Origin: Lysinibacillus phage vB_LfM_LysYB2 | Sequence record: OP628076.1 | Length of the DNA: 32,000 nucleotides | Reading direction: 5' to 3' (one strand) | Part shown: one piece after another, positions 1 through 8,431 of the stretch | Layout of the letters: every line of letters begins with the position of its first letter | Position numbering within the stretch: position 1 is the stretch's first letter | Position numbers and translations under genes: made by a program | Notes under the pieces: generated by a model | Databases searched by the model: none | What the model was told of the DNA's origin: nothing | What the model saw: the letters and a program-made list of their open reading frames with translations, nothing else

Positions 1-447
1 CAAGTCCGCTATGATTGTATTCTCTTCTGGAATGTGAGTTTCCGATTCGTCCACAACTTCTACAGGTGCGTGAGGGAAGCACTGCTCTAGCTTCAACTTC
101 ACAAATGTCTCGTTAGGCTTGTAGCACAACACATAGAAGTTTATGGATTTCTCTTTAAGCACAATCTCATACCAGACAAAGTCTGAAGCTGGTCTGTATA
201 CCAGCTTGTGAACATTAGCTTTTCTTACAATCATACTCTTGGTCATTTCTCCCAGGCTCTTGGCTATCTCTTTGAGGTTATTTACTCGTTCTATTTCATG
301 TATGTCTTTAAAGAACTTATAATTGCTATAGTTTGTTACAGTTCTATCTGGTATCACCTTGAAACACACTATTGGTTCCACTCGGACTTCCACAAGTCCT
401 TTTATACCAGTCCAGTCAATTATAGCTCTCTTAGATACCGAACTCAC
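1..447 (-). CDS. partial ORF (runs off left edge); unknown, N-terminus faintly like VirB4/TraC-type conjugation proteins (FKVIPDRTVTNYSNYKFF)
   Basis: Minus frame stays open from a GTG near 447 (preceded by AAGGTG) to base 1; frame agrees with the codons implied by the complementary 208..525 ORF track. Reads MSSVSKRAIIDWTGIKGLVEVRVEPIVCFKVIPDRTVTNYSNYKFFKDIHEIERVNNLKEIAKS... Not in the ORF track. Confidence 0.55.
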   Translation of the reverse strand, partial: MSSVSKRAIIDWTGIKGLVEVRVEPIVCFKVIPDRTVTNYSNYKFFKDIHEIERVNNLKEIAKSLGEMTKSMIVRKANVHKLVYRPASDFVWYEIVLKEKSINFYVLCYKPNETFVKLKLEQCFPHAPVEVVDESETHIPEENTIIADL

Positions 448-730
448 TATTCATCACCTTCACAATCGCTGAAAGTCCCCAGCAAGCCAACCCCCAAAAA
501 TAGGGCTTTCTATGTGCAAGCATAATCGTTATGACGAACATACATAAACCTCCTACTGTGAGAGCTAATGGAAGCGTTTGGAACCCAATAATCAATAAGT
601 CCTTCAACGCTTCGCCAATCGGTCTGAATACCGCTTCAGCTGCTCCAGTGAGTTTGTCGCCAGTCCAACCTAGTACATTATCAATAAATCCATCGCCCTC
701 TGGTGGTGGCGGAAGCTTCTTAAAACTCAT
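431..730 (-). CDS. small protein with two predicted transmembrane segments
   Basis: 99 aa ORF, GGGAGG RBS upstream of ATG; hydrophobic LLIIGFQTLPLALTVGGLCMFVITIML and PYFWGLACWGLSAIV. Confidence 0.7.
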   Translation of the reverse strand: MSFKKLPPPPEGDGFIDNVLGWTGDKLTGAAEAVFRPIGEALKDLLIIGFQTLPLALTVGGLCMFVITIMLAHRKPYFWGLACWGLSAIVKVMNSEFGI

Positions 731-840
731 ATCATTTCCCTCCCGTTATATACATATATAGTTGAAGAACAATACCAATCGCCATAGCTGCCTGTCCCAT
801 ATTTATTATCCTCTTGACAGTTCTCAGTAGTAAGTCCTCC

Positions 841-1236
841 TTAGATTGAGTTGAGGAATGCAATCCATACTTCCACCTTTCTTGCCGTTATATACCCGAT
901 TGAAAGCCAGAACAACCGTTCTAGACCAATCTTACCATTTCCAGTCATAATAGCTAATCCAGCTATTAATCCAAATACTTTTGCAACTGGGTCTAAAATT
1001 CCTAGTATAGCGTTGATTAAGCCATTCCAACTCTCTCCTCCAGCAGAAGCTTCCTTGGCTGCTTCAGTAGCTGCTAGTACATCAGCAGGAGATAAAGGTG
1101 CAAGCGACAGAACTATCAGGGACAGACCAACCACTCTAATAGTTGTTTTGTGGAATCCTCTCTTTTCATCAGTAACTACATTTCCATAAGCGTCTGTTGG
1201 GATTACTTCAATTTTCCATTTTCCTCGGTTTCTCAC
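841..1236 (-). CDS. small membrane protein, signal-peptide-like N-terminus plus two hydrophobic segments (prepilin/TrbC-VirB2-like layout, speculative)
   Basis: 131 aa ORF starting GTG after AAGGGGG; segments VVGLSLIVLSLAPLSPADVLA, ILGILDPVAKVFGLIAGLAIM, LFWLSIGYI. Confidence 0.65.
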   Translation of the reverse strand: MRNRGKWKIEVIPTDAYGNVVTDEKRGFHKTTIRVVGLSLIVLSLAPLSPADVLAATEAAKEASAGGESWNGLINAILGILDPVAKVFGLIAGLAIMTGNGKIGLERLFWLSIGYITARKVEVWIAFLNSI

Positions 1237-1251
1237 AGTGTTCTTACCCCC

Positions 1252-1356
1252 TTATTTTTTAAAGTGATTCTGGTACCAACGAATAGACGAACGAATAGCA
1301 ACGTAGACTATTAACACAAAGCCCATGAGATACATAAAGAATCCAACTATTGTCAT
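1252..1356 (-). CDS. 34 aa single-pass membrane peptide candidate
   Basis: Reads MTIVGFFMYLMGFVLIVYVAIRSSIRWYQNHFKK*; GGAGG lies upstream but with long spacing. Confidence 0.35.
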   Translation of the reverse strand: MTIVGFFMYLMGFVLIVYVAIRSSIRWYQNHFKK

Positions 1357-1749
1357 CAAATCTGTTCAGCTCCCTCCAATTGGGCGTTTGTTTCCTCTTA
1401 TAATGTACTTAACTACTATGTAAATTATTCCTACCTTTCTAAACACAGACAAAAATGAAAAAGACCACACGACATACGTGTGGCCAAACTATCCCCTATT
1501 CGATTAGTTAAAACTAATCATATTCGAACCGTCCCCAAAAGATTACCTAAATTCATAAAAATAATTTTCTGCTTCAGGTTTAGATTTCTCTCAATTGGAT
1601 AATGCTATCAGTACTAGAGAGGAGCTGACTAAACCGTGGTTGAGACTCTTATTATCGGTGTTGCGCTAATGGAAATAGGCAGGTTTATCATGGGGTTATG
1701 ACCTATGGTCTTGCCTTCTTGTTTATTCTATTGGCTGCTGCTTTTGAAA

Positions 1750-1777
1750 AAGAGAGAAGCCGTTAAGCTTCTCTCTT
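1750..1777 (-). terminator. intrinsic terminator
   Basis: AAGAGAGAAGC-cgttaa-GCTTCTCTCTT perfect 11 bp stem, followed by TTTTTC on the minus strand, at the stop of CDS 1776..2624. Confidence 0.85.
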
Positions 1778-2624
1778 ATAATTTTGTGATAAGGACTCTG
1801 TAATGAAAACATTGTATATTCCATCCGCCTGCACCAATTGTATTCACTTTCGCTTTCCCTTTCTCTCCTATAATAATCCCGTTTAAATCTCCCCCTTTAA
1901 TCTTGAGGTTGTTAGCATCAGTTATGATTCCAACAACAGCTGTAATACGGTTTATAAGGTCTAGTAACTTTGCTTTCTTCTCTTTTTCCAACATGTTGTT
2001 TAACCAAGCAAGACGCTCTTCTTCATTGCGGTATTCACACATTTTAAGCACGCCTTGTCCAGCAAAATTCGCAAGACGGTTTCTCACACTCTTCCAATCC
2101 AGTTTCTTCTCTTCAAGGATTCTACGCTGTTCCTTGTTCGGCGGGTATCCACTTCTCATACCAAGTTCCAATTCAGCTTCTTCTTGTTCTTTACGCAAGT
2201 TTACCTTGAACACTTGGAAATCTTTGTAGCGTTTAATATACCATTCTTGTGCTTGTTGTTTCCAATCCTCCAGAAAGTCAAGAATGATTTTCGGAGCGTT
2301 GGCGTTTATGAAGTTGTCCTTGTTCTGCTCAATTTCCAGCTTCTCTTCCCAACCCGCAAGGATTCTCTCAGCTTCCGCCAGTTTCTTCTCAGCGCCTTTT
2401 ATGTCGTTCAGTTTATTTGTGACCTCGTGGAAATCCCATACAAAGTCTGTCCCTCTGTATTCGTCTCTCTTTGCTTCTATATTCTCTAGAGTTGCACCGT
2501 ACTTAGCAACCTTTGCTAGCTTCTTATCAAGTTGTTTCTTGTGGCGCTCGATAGTTCCTTTGCGCTTTTCAACCGTTTCCTGTGCTTTTGTTACCTTTTC
2601 TGTTAATGTTTGGATTTTTGTCAT
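1776..2624 (-). CDS. coiled-coil rich protein, unknown function
   Basis: 282 aa ORF, AAAGGAGCGGTTAAAAATG; highly charged helical N-terminal half. Confidence 0.85.
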   Translation of the reverse strand: MTKIQTLTEKVTKAQETVEKRKGTIERHKKQLDKKLAKVAKYGATLENIEAKRDEYRGTDFVWDFHEVTNKLNDIKGAEKKLAEAERILAGWEEKLEIEQNKDNFINANAPKIILDFLEDWKQQAQEWYIKRYKDFQVFKVNLRKEQEEAELELGMRSGYPPNKEQRRILEEKKLDWKSVRNRLANFAGQGVLKMCEYRNEEERLAWLNNMLEKEKKAKLLDLINRITAVVGIITDANNLKIKGGDLNGIIIGEKGKAKVNTIGAGGWNIQCFHYRVLITKL

Positions 2625-2655
2625 TTTTAACCGCTCCTTTTATCTTGGTTTTATT

Positions 2656-2832
2656 TTACTTTTGTCCTAGTTGTACAAGTTTCTTAGCTATATCGTAACG
2701 AATCCAACTTATTGGATAGTTTTTGTTTCCGTCGTTCGTTGCAACTCTTAATTGGAAAGCTTTCTCCAGAAGTTCCTCTTTGCTATACTTTTTAAGGTCT
2801 TTGTCAACCTTATCCACTAAATTTGTGTACAT
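2656..2832 (-). CDS. 58 aa small protein, unknown
   Basis: Below the ORF-track cutoff. Reads MYTNLVDKVDKDLKKYSKEELLEKAFQLRVATNDGNKNYPISWIRYDIAKKLVQLGQK*; AAAGGGGCGG RBS; directly downstream of a strong promoter. Confidence 0.7.
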   Translation of the reverse strand: MYTNLVDKVDKDLKKYSKEELLEKAFQLRVATNDGNKNYPISWIRYDIAKKLVQLGQK

Positions 2833-2872
2833 TTAACCGCCCCTTTTATCTTGGTTTCTCACTCACAGGTTA

Positions 2873-2901
2873 ATCATATAATAAGTTAAAACAACCGTCA
2901 A
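2873..2901 (-). promoter_or_regulatory. sigma-A-type (early-like) promoter P1
   Basis: Minus strand TTGACG-N17-TATGAT. Confidence 0.85.
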
Positions 2902-2937
2902 GTGTTTTATGTAAAAAGTTTTGTAAAAATCGACAAA

Positions 2938-2955
2938 AGGAGCTTTTCAGCTCCT
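2938..2955 (-). terminator. intrinsic terminator
   Basis: AGGAGCT-tttc-AGCTCCT stem followed by TTTTG on minus strand; next to stop of CDS 2964. Confidence 0.7.
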
Positions 2956-2963
2956 CTACTGTA

Positions 2964-3275
2964 CTACTTATCCAGTTTACCTACGGTTTCCAGATACTTC
3001 TTGACTGGGATACTACCTATTAAGGCTAACTCTTCGAATTTGTGTTTGTAGAAATCTCTGTTATAGCCAAATTTTAAATCGTAGTCCTTCTTCATTTTAG
3101 TATAAGATTCATATCCAAAGTTTTGCGCAGCTAAGTCTCTCTTGTTACTGATTCGAATAACCGAATATCCATTCATTTTTAGGTCTTTAGCAAATTTTAC
3201 TTTAGAAGGATAGTCTCTCACAATCACAGTCTCTTCACCAGTGTCTTTGTCTCTCACATATGCAGATAATTCCAT
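2964..3275 (-). CDS. small protein, unknown
   Basis: ORF track starts at 3311 (GTG) but RBS AAGGAGCGGTTAAAA places the ATG at 3275 (MELSAYVRDKDTGEE...). Confidence 0.75.
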   Translation of the reverse strand: MELSAYVRDKDTGEETVIVRDYPSKVKFAKDLKMNGYSVIRISNKRDLAAQNFGYESYTKMKKDYDLKFGYNRDFYKHKFEELALIGSIPVKKYLETVGKLDK

Positions 3276-3317
3276 TTTTAACCGCTCCTTTAATCTTGGT
3301 TTCTCACTCACAAGTTA

Positions 3318-3346
3318 ATCATATAATAAGTTAAAACAACCGTCAA
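3318..3346 (-). promoter_or_regulatory. sigma-A-type promoter P2
   Basis: Minus strand TTGACG-N17-TATGAT; spacer and 5' leader nearly identical to P1. Confidence 0.85.
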
Positions 3347-3385
3347 GTGTTTTGTCGATTTTTACAAAACTTTTCCAAAATGAAA

Positions 3386-3407
3386 AGAGACAGTTTTCAC
3401 TGTCTCT
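3386..3407 (-). terminator. intrinsic terminator
   Basis: AGAGACAGT-tttc-ACTGTCTCT 9 bp stem then TTTTC on minus strand. Confidence 0.8.
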
Positions 3408-3939
3408 CCCCCTTCTCTAACTCTTGTTGTTCAGCCATCTGTTGCTTAATCTTCTTCAGCAGGAAGTGCATACGCGTGTGCACTACCGAAACATCCACGC
3501 CCTCTTCCTCTGCTAGTTCTTTCAGCAGCTTATGGTCTTGAACAAGTCCAATGAACAATCTTTTCTGTTTCTTGCCAAGGGTGAAATCATCGTCCCAACT
3601 TAAAAGGCTTATAATGTCTTCAAGGTCTTCATTTCCTGTGAATCCTGTGTAGTTCACTTCATCATTCGTGAAGCTTTCAAACAACACTTCTTTGTTCTTT
3701 ACTTTCAGCTGGTTAGTCACATAGTGGTAAGAACGTAGCTCAAGCATCCTCTTTATATAATAAGGGAAATCTACGCCACGACGTAGATTGTACTCCACAA
3801 CCAACTTAGCAAACAAAGCCTTGATTTGTGACATCAAATCCTCTTTGTCCTCTCTGGAATTGAACATAGGGTGAAGTCTTTTGTAAACAGACAAGATTAA
3901 CGGCTTGTAGTCTTCCAATAACTTTTCTATGTCTCTCAT
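3397..3939 (-). CDS. divergent RNA polymerase sigma-factor-like protein
   Basis: 180 aa; region-2-like DKEDLMSQIKALFAKLVVEYNLRRGVDFPYYIKRML and C-terminal region-4-like HTH (LFIGLVQDHKLLKELAEEEGVDVSVVHTRMHFLLKKIKQ). Confidence 0.6.
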   Translation of the reverse strand: MRDIEKLLEDYKPLILSVYKRLHPMFNSREDKEDLMSQIKALFAKLVVEYNLRRGVDFPYYIKRMLELRSYHYVTNQLKVKNKEVLFESFTNDEVNYTGFTGNEDLEDIISLLSWDDDFTLGKKQKRLFIGLVQDHKLLKELAEEEGVDVSVVHTRMHFLLKKIKQQMAEQQELEKGERQ

Positions 3940-4265
3940 ACGCTCAACTCCAATGATTCTATTGTGTCCGCGCCAGAGTATAATGAGGCATAATTCACAG
4001 CGTATCGAATCGTCGATGCTTGCGCTTCTACATTGTATACTACCTTTCTGACAAGGACAAAATACTGGAACGGCTGTTCAACCAAGACAAGTTGCGGGCT
4101 TTTCAAGTCTGGGTGATTCGTCGTTTTCCAAATCATAGGCTGACCAACGATACTCTCAAACTGTTCATGATACGAGCTAAAAAGTTTTGTAGCTGCTGAG
4201 TTCTTGTCGTTGATTTTATTGGCATCACGCATAGCCCTTTCCAACATATCTTTTAAGTGTCCCAA
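3936..4265 (-). CDS. unknown protein
   Basis: 109 aa; TTG start with AGGTAGGTGA upstream; overlaps sigma-like ORF by 4 nt. Confidence 0.7.
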   Translation of the reverse strand: MGHLKDMLERAMRDANKINDKNSAATKLFSSYHEQFESIVGQPMIWKTTNHPDLKSPQLVLVEQPFQYFVLVRKVVYNVEAQASTIRYAVNYASLYSGADTIESLELSV

Positions 4266-4279
4266 CCGTCGTCACCTAC

Positions 4280-5533
4280 CTATTTATCATATCGGAATTG
4301 CTTGAATATAGGGAATCTCAACGATTCTCCGCCCTTTTGATTCTCTGTGGACTCTTGGGCTTCAATCTCCGCTGTTCTCCCAACAATCGCTTCTCGGATT
4401 GCCCAGAACTCCTCACGCTGTACGTCTGAGTATCCAGAGCCTACGTTCACTTTATGCCCTTTGAAATCAACAATCAAAGCACCTAACATACCCACATACT
4501 TGCCTTCACCTTCCTCGTAGCCGATGACTTCAAGGTCGAATGTGTCAACAGGTTTTACTTTCAACCAATCGTTTGTACGCTTACAATGGTATAAACTGTG
4601 TATGTCCTTAATCATTATACCCTCATAGCCTTCATTTAGATAGTATACATACAATTCGTCCACCTTTGGTGAATCGTAACGCATTGGACCAGAAATCTCC
4701 ACTATCTTCAAGTTAGGTGCGTCACATTTAACACAATCGAATGCTGCAAACAGGTCTTCCTTACGTTCACTAAGCTTTTTCGTAGAAGCCCCAGCGTCAA
4801 ACTCTTCAATCGGTAGAGTGTCAAATATGTTCAAATAAGCTTTCTTGTCAAAGTCATCCTTCTTCAGAGCAAGCTTTTGCATGTCGTTGAATGCATTATC
4901 CTTGCCAACTAGCTCCCCGTCATACACCATTCCCCAAGGAAGCAGTGCAAGCTCTCTTTCCACATCTGCAAAGCCCAGGATTGGTTTTCCGTTACGCGTT
5001 AGTATTTCTACAGAGCCGTCATTTCGCACAAAGCAAACAGCTCGGTAGCCATCTAATTTCGGCTCAATGTAAACTACCTCCGCTTTCTTCTTAACCTTGT
5101 GAGCAGGTTTTGCTAGCATGCAGTCAAAGACAGGAATGTGATTTTTCCACACTTTGTTGATTGTGGACTCTGTAACTCCCACACGTAAATCCTTCAAAAG
5201 TGTTCGGCTGTACCATTTATACTCCTCTTCCGTCAGAGAGCAGAAGAACGAGTTCACCGCTTCAATCGCTGCGTTACCTGTAACAAGACGTTTGTTGAGG
5301 TCATCCAGTAATGTCTGGAATTTTTCATAGTTCCAAACAGAAACATATTGGTCACAAATAGTTGATACTTCTCCCCACTTGGTAATGTTATACTTCATGA
5401 AAGGGTTGTAGGCGTAGTACAACAGGCTTTTGAATACCCCGTTACCACTACCCTTTATAAGAACGACCTTCTTTGCGTTACTACCAGATGTCTCCTCCAG
5501 CTCCGTCAACAAATCAAAGGCTTCTTGTATCAT
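4280..5533 (-). CDS. ATP-dependent DNA ligase
   Basis: 417 aa; nucleotidyltransferase motif EPKLDGYRAV, LPWGMVYDGELVG, EGIMIKD, WLKVKP. Confidence 0.93.
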   Translation of the reverse strand: MIQEAFDLLTELEETSGSNAKKVVLIKGSGNGVFKSLLYYAYNPFMKYNITKWGEVSTICDQYVSVWNYEKFQTLLDDLNKRLVTGNAAIEAVNSFFCSLTEEEYKWYSRTLLKDLRVGVTESTINKVWKNHIPVFDCMLAKPAHKVKKKAEVVYIEPKLDGYRAVCFVRNDGSVEILTRNGKPILGFADVERELALLPWGMVYDGELVGKDNAFNDMQKLALKKDDFDKKAYLNIFDTLPIEEFDAGASTKKLSERKEDLFAAFDCVKCDAPNLKIVEISGPMRYDSPKVDELYVYYLNEGYEGIMIKDIHSLYHCKRTNDWLKVKPVDTFDLEVIGYEEGEGKYVGMLGALIVDFKGHKVNVGSGYSDVQREEFWAIREAIVGRTAEIEAQESTENQKGGESLRFPIFKQFRYDK

Positions 5534-5913
5534 TTATTTTTCCCCTTTCTTGGTTTCTTACGTTTGGCTTTCGCTGTTGTCACATAAGAAACGTGCGTGT
5601 TGTCCTTAATCATTTGCGGTGTAATTTCTCCGCTCTTTGTTAATTCCGACACACCAAGCAGGGTGAGGTCTTCTCTGTCAACCTCGGCTTGTTCTGCTAG
5701 TCCAGTCTTATCCAAAGTGCGCTTTGTTCGTTTCTTCAAGCACACTTCCACATAGTCTTCAGAACCAGGAATTTGTACAATTCGTTGGTTTTCTCCCATA
5801 CGTTGAAGCTCCAACAGAACCTCTTCTGACAGGTCTTTGTTCTCAGCTCGGCGTTCACTCATAAGTTCAGCATTGGACACAATACGCAAAATCTTTTCAT
5901 CTAGTTTCATCAC
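5530..5913 (-). CDS. unknown, basic C-terminus
   Basis: 127 aa; overlaps ligase start; GGAGG RBS. Confidence 0.75.
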   Translation of the reverse strand: MMKLDEKILRIVSNAELMSERRAENKDLSEEVLLELQRMGENQRIVQIPGSEDYVEVCLKKRTKRTLDKTGLAEQAEVDREDLTLLGVSELTKSGEITPQMIKDNTHVSYVTTAKAKRKKPRKGKNK

Positions 5914-5924
5914 AGGTTTCCTCC

Positions 5925-6353
5925 CTATCCAAATGTAACTACAACGTCAGCTTCTCTTGCTGCGATACGTTCAGGCGTGGTGTAACTTTCAATGAACTTT
6001 AACACGTCTGCATGATGTAAGAAGAACAGACGGTGTACCTTCTTGTTGAACAGGAAGCTCTTCACATAAGTCGTTGGGTTCCATCCAACCAGAATACCCG
6101 TGAATTCATAGCCTTGATATGGTTGTAGCAAATCCTCAATTTCATTCACAGTTTTCATATACTTCTGGAATGGAATAGCCTTGTCACTCTTCTCACCTTG
6201 TTCGTTGTACGCTGTTAACGTACCAATGTAATAACCTGATTCCCCTACTGGGTTGAAATGGACAACCATTCCCCCAGGGAACTTCTTGGAGCAGGTGTAA
6301 CGGTCAAGCTCTCCGAAAAATTTCACCATAGCATTCTCAACTGACATAGACAT
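5925..6353 (-). CDS. unknown; weakly paralogous to 6353..6838
   Basis: 142 aa; GGAGG RBS; shares G..GY/F-IG-L-T/-YN and GxxxGW layout with neighbour. Confidence 0.75.
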   Translation of the reverse strand: MSMSVENAMVKFFGELDRYTCSKKFPGGMVVHFNPVGESGYYIGTLTAYNEQGEKSDKAIPFQKYMKTVNEIEDLLQPYQGYEFTGILVGWNPTTYVKSFLFNKKVHRLFFLHHADVLKFIESYTTPERIAAREADVVVTFG

Positions 6354-6838
6354 TAGATTGTACCTCCAAGGTATTTCATTGTTTTTGACGCTTTTGGCGG
6401 CACTACAGAATATTTGACACCTTTTGCTTCTAGGTTCTGCTTAACTTCCTCACTAGCGTAATGGTTTAGGACGTTCAAGCCATCTTTCACTTTCAGTACC
6501 GCAATTCTGTGTACTCCAAGTTCTTTGTGAATGTAGTTGACCATATCTTTCGTGATGTTTCCGTTGTCCCAACCTATGAAGTATCCAAGCACACCTCGTT
6601 GATACGGCTCTGTCGTTAAATCCACATTATACATGAACGTTTGGAACGCTTTCTTTGGTATAGCTGATACGCTCTGGCGTCTGTCACCGTTGTAACCAGT
6701 AATACTTAGGACTATGAATCCAGAGTCTCCCATTATGTCTCCGTGGAGTATTAATCCATTTTGAGTCTTGTTTTTACGTGGGAAGTATTCATCCCAAAGA
6801 GGTTTATGTTTCTCAAAGATTTCCATTTCAGTAGCCAT
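6353..6838 (-). CDS. unknown
   Basis: ORF to 6862; GGGAGTGGATTTGTAC-ATG supports start at 6838 (MATEMEIFEKHKP...). Confidence 0.75.
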   Translation of the reverse strand: MATEMEIFEKHKPLWDEYFPRKNKTQNGLILHGDIMGDSGFIVLSITGYNGDRRQSVSAIPKKAFQTFMYNVDLTTEPYQRGVLGYFIGWDNGNITKDMVNYIHKELGVHRIAVLKVKDGLNVLNHYASEEVKQNLEAKGVKYSVVPPKASKTMKYLGGTI

Positions 6839-6872
6839 GTACAAATCCACTCCCATATACAAAATTTTGTTC

Positions 6873-7850
6873 TTACTCGTCGCCTAACATTCTGAATGGC
6901 ATTGACCACATAAGGAAGTCTGACATTATTTGTACAAACTGTTTAGAAGCCAGGAAGCCTTTCACGTCTTTATCTGTGAATGTTATGCGTTCGTCCATCA
7001 CTGATTCAACCAAGTCAGCTATGTCGTCGTATGTTACTTTCGACAGGTTCATAAGGTTGTCATTACGTTCAAGCAGCGACACGTCCGCAAAGATTTTCTT
7101 TGGAACAGCAGCTTTCGCTCCCATTATGTCCATTTGGTTCGCCAGAAGACCGTTTATGTCTGTGTATTTAGCAAGCAAGGATTTAGCTGTTTTATCTCCT
7201 ACGCCTTTTACGCCGTTTATGTTATCACTGCTATCGCCCACAAGGATACGATATGCCAGGTAAGACTCTTGCGGAACGCCTACAACAGCTGTAAAGTTCT
7301 TCGGAGTAATAAGCTTTTCCTTGGTTGGAGACCAGACAAAGATTCTGTCACTAACCATTTGTAACATATCCTTATCGGTAGACACGATTACACACACATC
7401 GTGAGTGAACTCGGATACTACATACAAAAGGTCGTCACCCTCCCAACCTTTATGCTTTAAAGAACGTACGCCGAACTTTGGAAGGATACGGTGGAGCTGT
7501 TCCATCTGGTCAATAAATTGACTATACTCCGCTTTCTCCTCTGGCGTTCTTTCAGCACGCTTAGCAGCTCGGTTGGCTTTATACTCAGGGAACAATGCCA
7601 TACGTTGCGCAGATTTCCCGTTATCCCAGCAAGCCACGACATCTGAGAACACTATGTCATCGTTTTCTTGGTACAATCGAATTGAGTCTAACATTTTGTT
7701 CTTGTAGTTCCCTTGTGATGGTTTCAGGTAGCTCTGAACCATTTGTATCATTCCATAAATGGCTGATACGTTTTCGCCCTGCTTGGTTGTCAGGTTCGTC
7801 GTTTTCCATGCTCGATACGCGGTATTGTTCGCATCAATCAACAGTTTCAT
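6873..7850 (-). CDS. 5'-3' exonuclease / flap endonuclease (T5 D15-like)
   Basis: 325 aa; LLIDANNTAYRAW, ACWDNG, EYKANR, GWEGDDLLY, VSTDKDMLQM, GDSSDNINGVKGVGDKTA. Confidence 0.93.
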   Translation of the reverse strand: MKLLIDANNTAYRAWKTTNLTTKQGENVSAIYGMIQMVQSYLKPSQGNYKNKMLDSIRLYQENDDIVFSDVVACWDNGKSAQRMALFPEYKANRAAKRAERTPEEKAEYSQFIDQMEQLHRILPKFGVRSLKHKGWEGDDLLYVVSEFTHDVCVIVSTDKDMLQMVSDRIFVWSPTKEKLITPKNFTAVVGVPQESYLAYRILVGDSSDNINGVKGVGDKTAKSLLAKYTDINGLLANQMDIMGAKAAVPKKIFADVSLLERNDNLMNLSKVTYDDIADLVESVMDERITFTDKDVKGFLASKQFVQIMSDFLMWSMPFRMLGDE

Positions 7851-7878
7851 GTTATTCCCTCCTTATCAACTTACAACT

Positions 7879-7909
7879 AAATAAACCGTACAAAACTGAA
7901 TTTTCTCCT
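7879..7909 (-). promoter_or_regulatory. SPO1-like middle promoter (gp28-type)
   Basis: Minus strand AGGAGA-N18-TTTATTT upstream of the exonuclease gene. Confidence 0.8.
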
Positions 7910-7923
7910 GTTTTACGCACAAA

Positions 7924-7951
7924 AAAGCCCCGCCTTTTCAGGCAGGGCTTT
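7924..7951 (-). terminator. intrinsic terminator
   Basis: AAAGCCCcGCC-ttttca-GGCaGGGCTTT then TTTTTT on minus strand. Confidence 0.85.
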
Positions 7952-7995
7952 GCTATGTTGTTATAAGGTCTTACATTATTTAAAATATGTGTGAA

Positions 7996-8304
7996 TTAAT
8001 ACAACTGACTAGCAGTAGAGAATCCGCATTTCTTACAACGATACCCTATATATCCGTGTTCTGGTCCACCGTACGATTCATCCACAATCCATTTTCCTTC
8101 GTTGTGGTTAGTAGCGATACAACGCTGAATCTTTCTTACGTAGTTCTGGTGGTCAGCAATAATCTCTTGAACTAAATACTTTGGAATATTTTGCACCTCG
8201 GATACTTCCTTCACAATCTCAACTGGAAGTTTGTTTCCTTCTTCCAGCATAACTGAAATAGCAAAGTCTAACACGCTCATATCAATTTTATCAATCTTGT
8301 ACAT
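7996..8304 (-). CDS. unknown; C-terminal zinc-ribbon-like fragment (RCKKCGF)
   Basis: 102 aa; CAGGAGAGGTTAAAACA-ATG. Confidence 0.75.
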   Translation of the reverse strand: MYKIDKIDMSVLDFAISVMLEEGNKLPVEIVKEVSEVQNIPKYLVQEIIADHQNYVRKIQRCIATNHNEGKWIVDESYGGPEHGYIGYRCKKCGFSTASQLY

Positions 8305-8347
8305 TGTTTTAACCTCTCCTGTTCACTCAGTATTATCTTACAAGTTA

Positions 8348-8376
8348 ATCATATCCTATATGGTTACAACCGTCAA
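8348..8376 (-). promoter_or_regulatory. sigma-A-type promoter P3
   Basis: Minus strand TTGACG-N17-TATGAT. Confidence 0.85.
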
Positions 8377-8404
8377 GTGTTTTTATGAAACTTTTCCAAA
8401 AATA

Positions 8405-8428
8405 AAAGAGAGCTTTTCAGCTCTCTTT
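8405..8428 (-). terminator. intrinsic terminator
   Basis: AAAGAGAGCT-tttc-AGCTCTCTTT 10 bp stem, T tract on minus strand, downstream of recA. Confidence 0.85.
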
Positions 8429-8431
8429 ACA

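Noticed and set aside
1-447. Apparent frameshift in the left-end ORF
   Set aside because: A first reading suggested a break near 365. The codons implied by the complementary 208..525 ORF translation show the minus frame is continuous from GTG 447.
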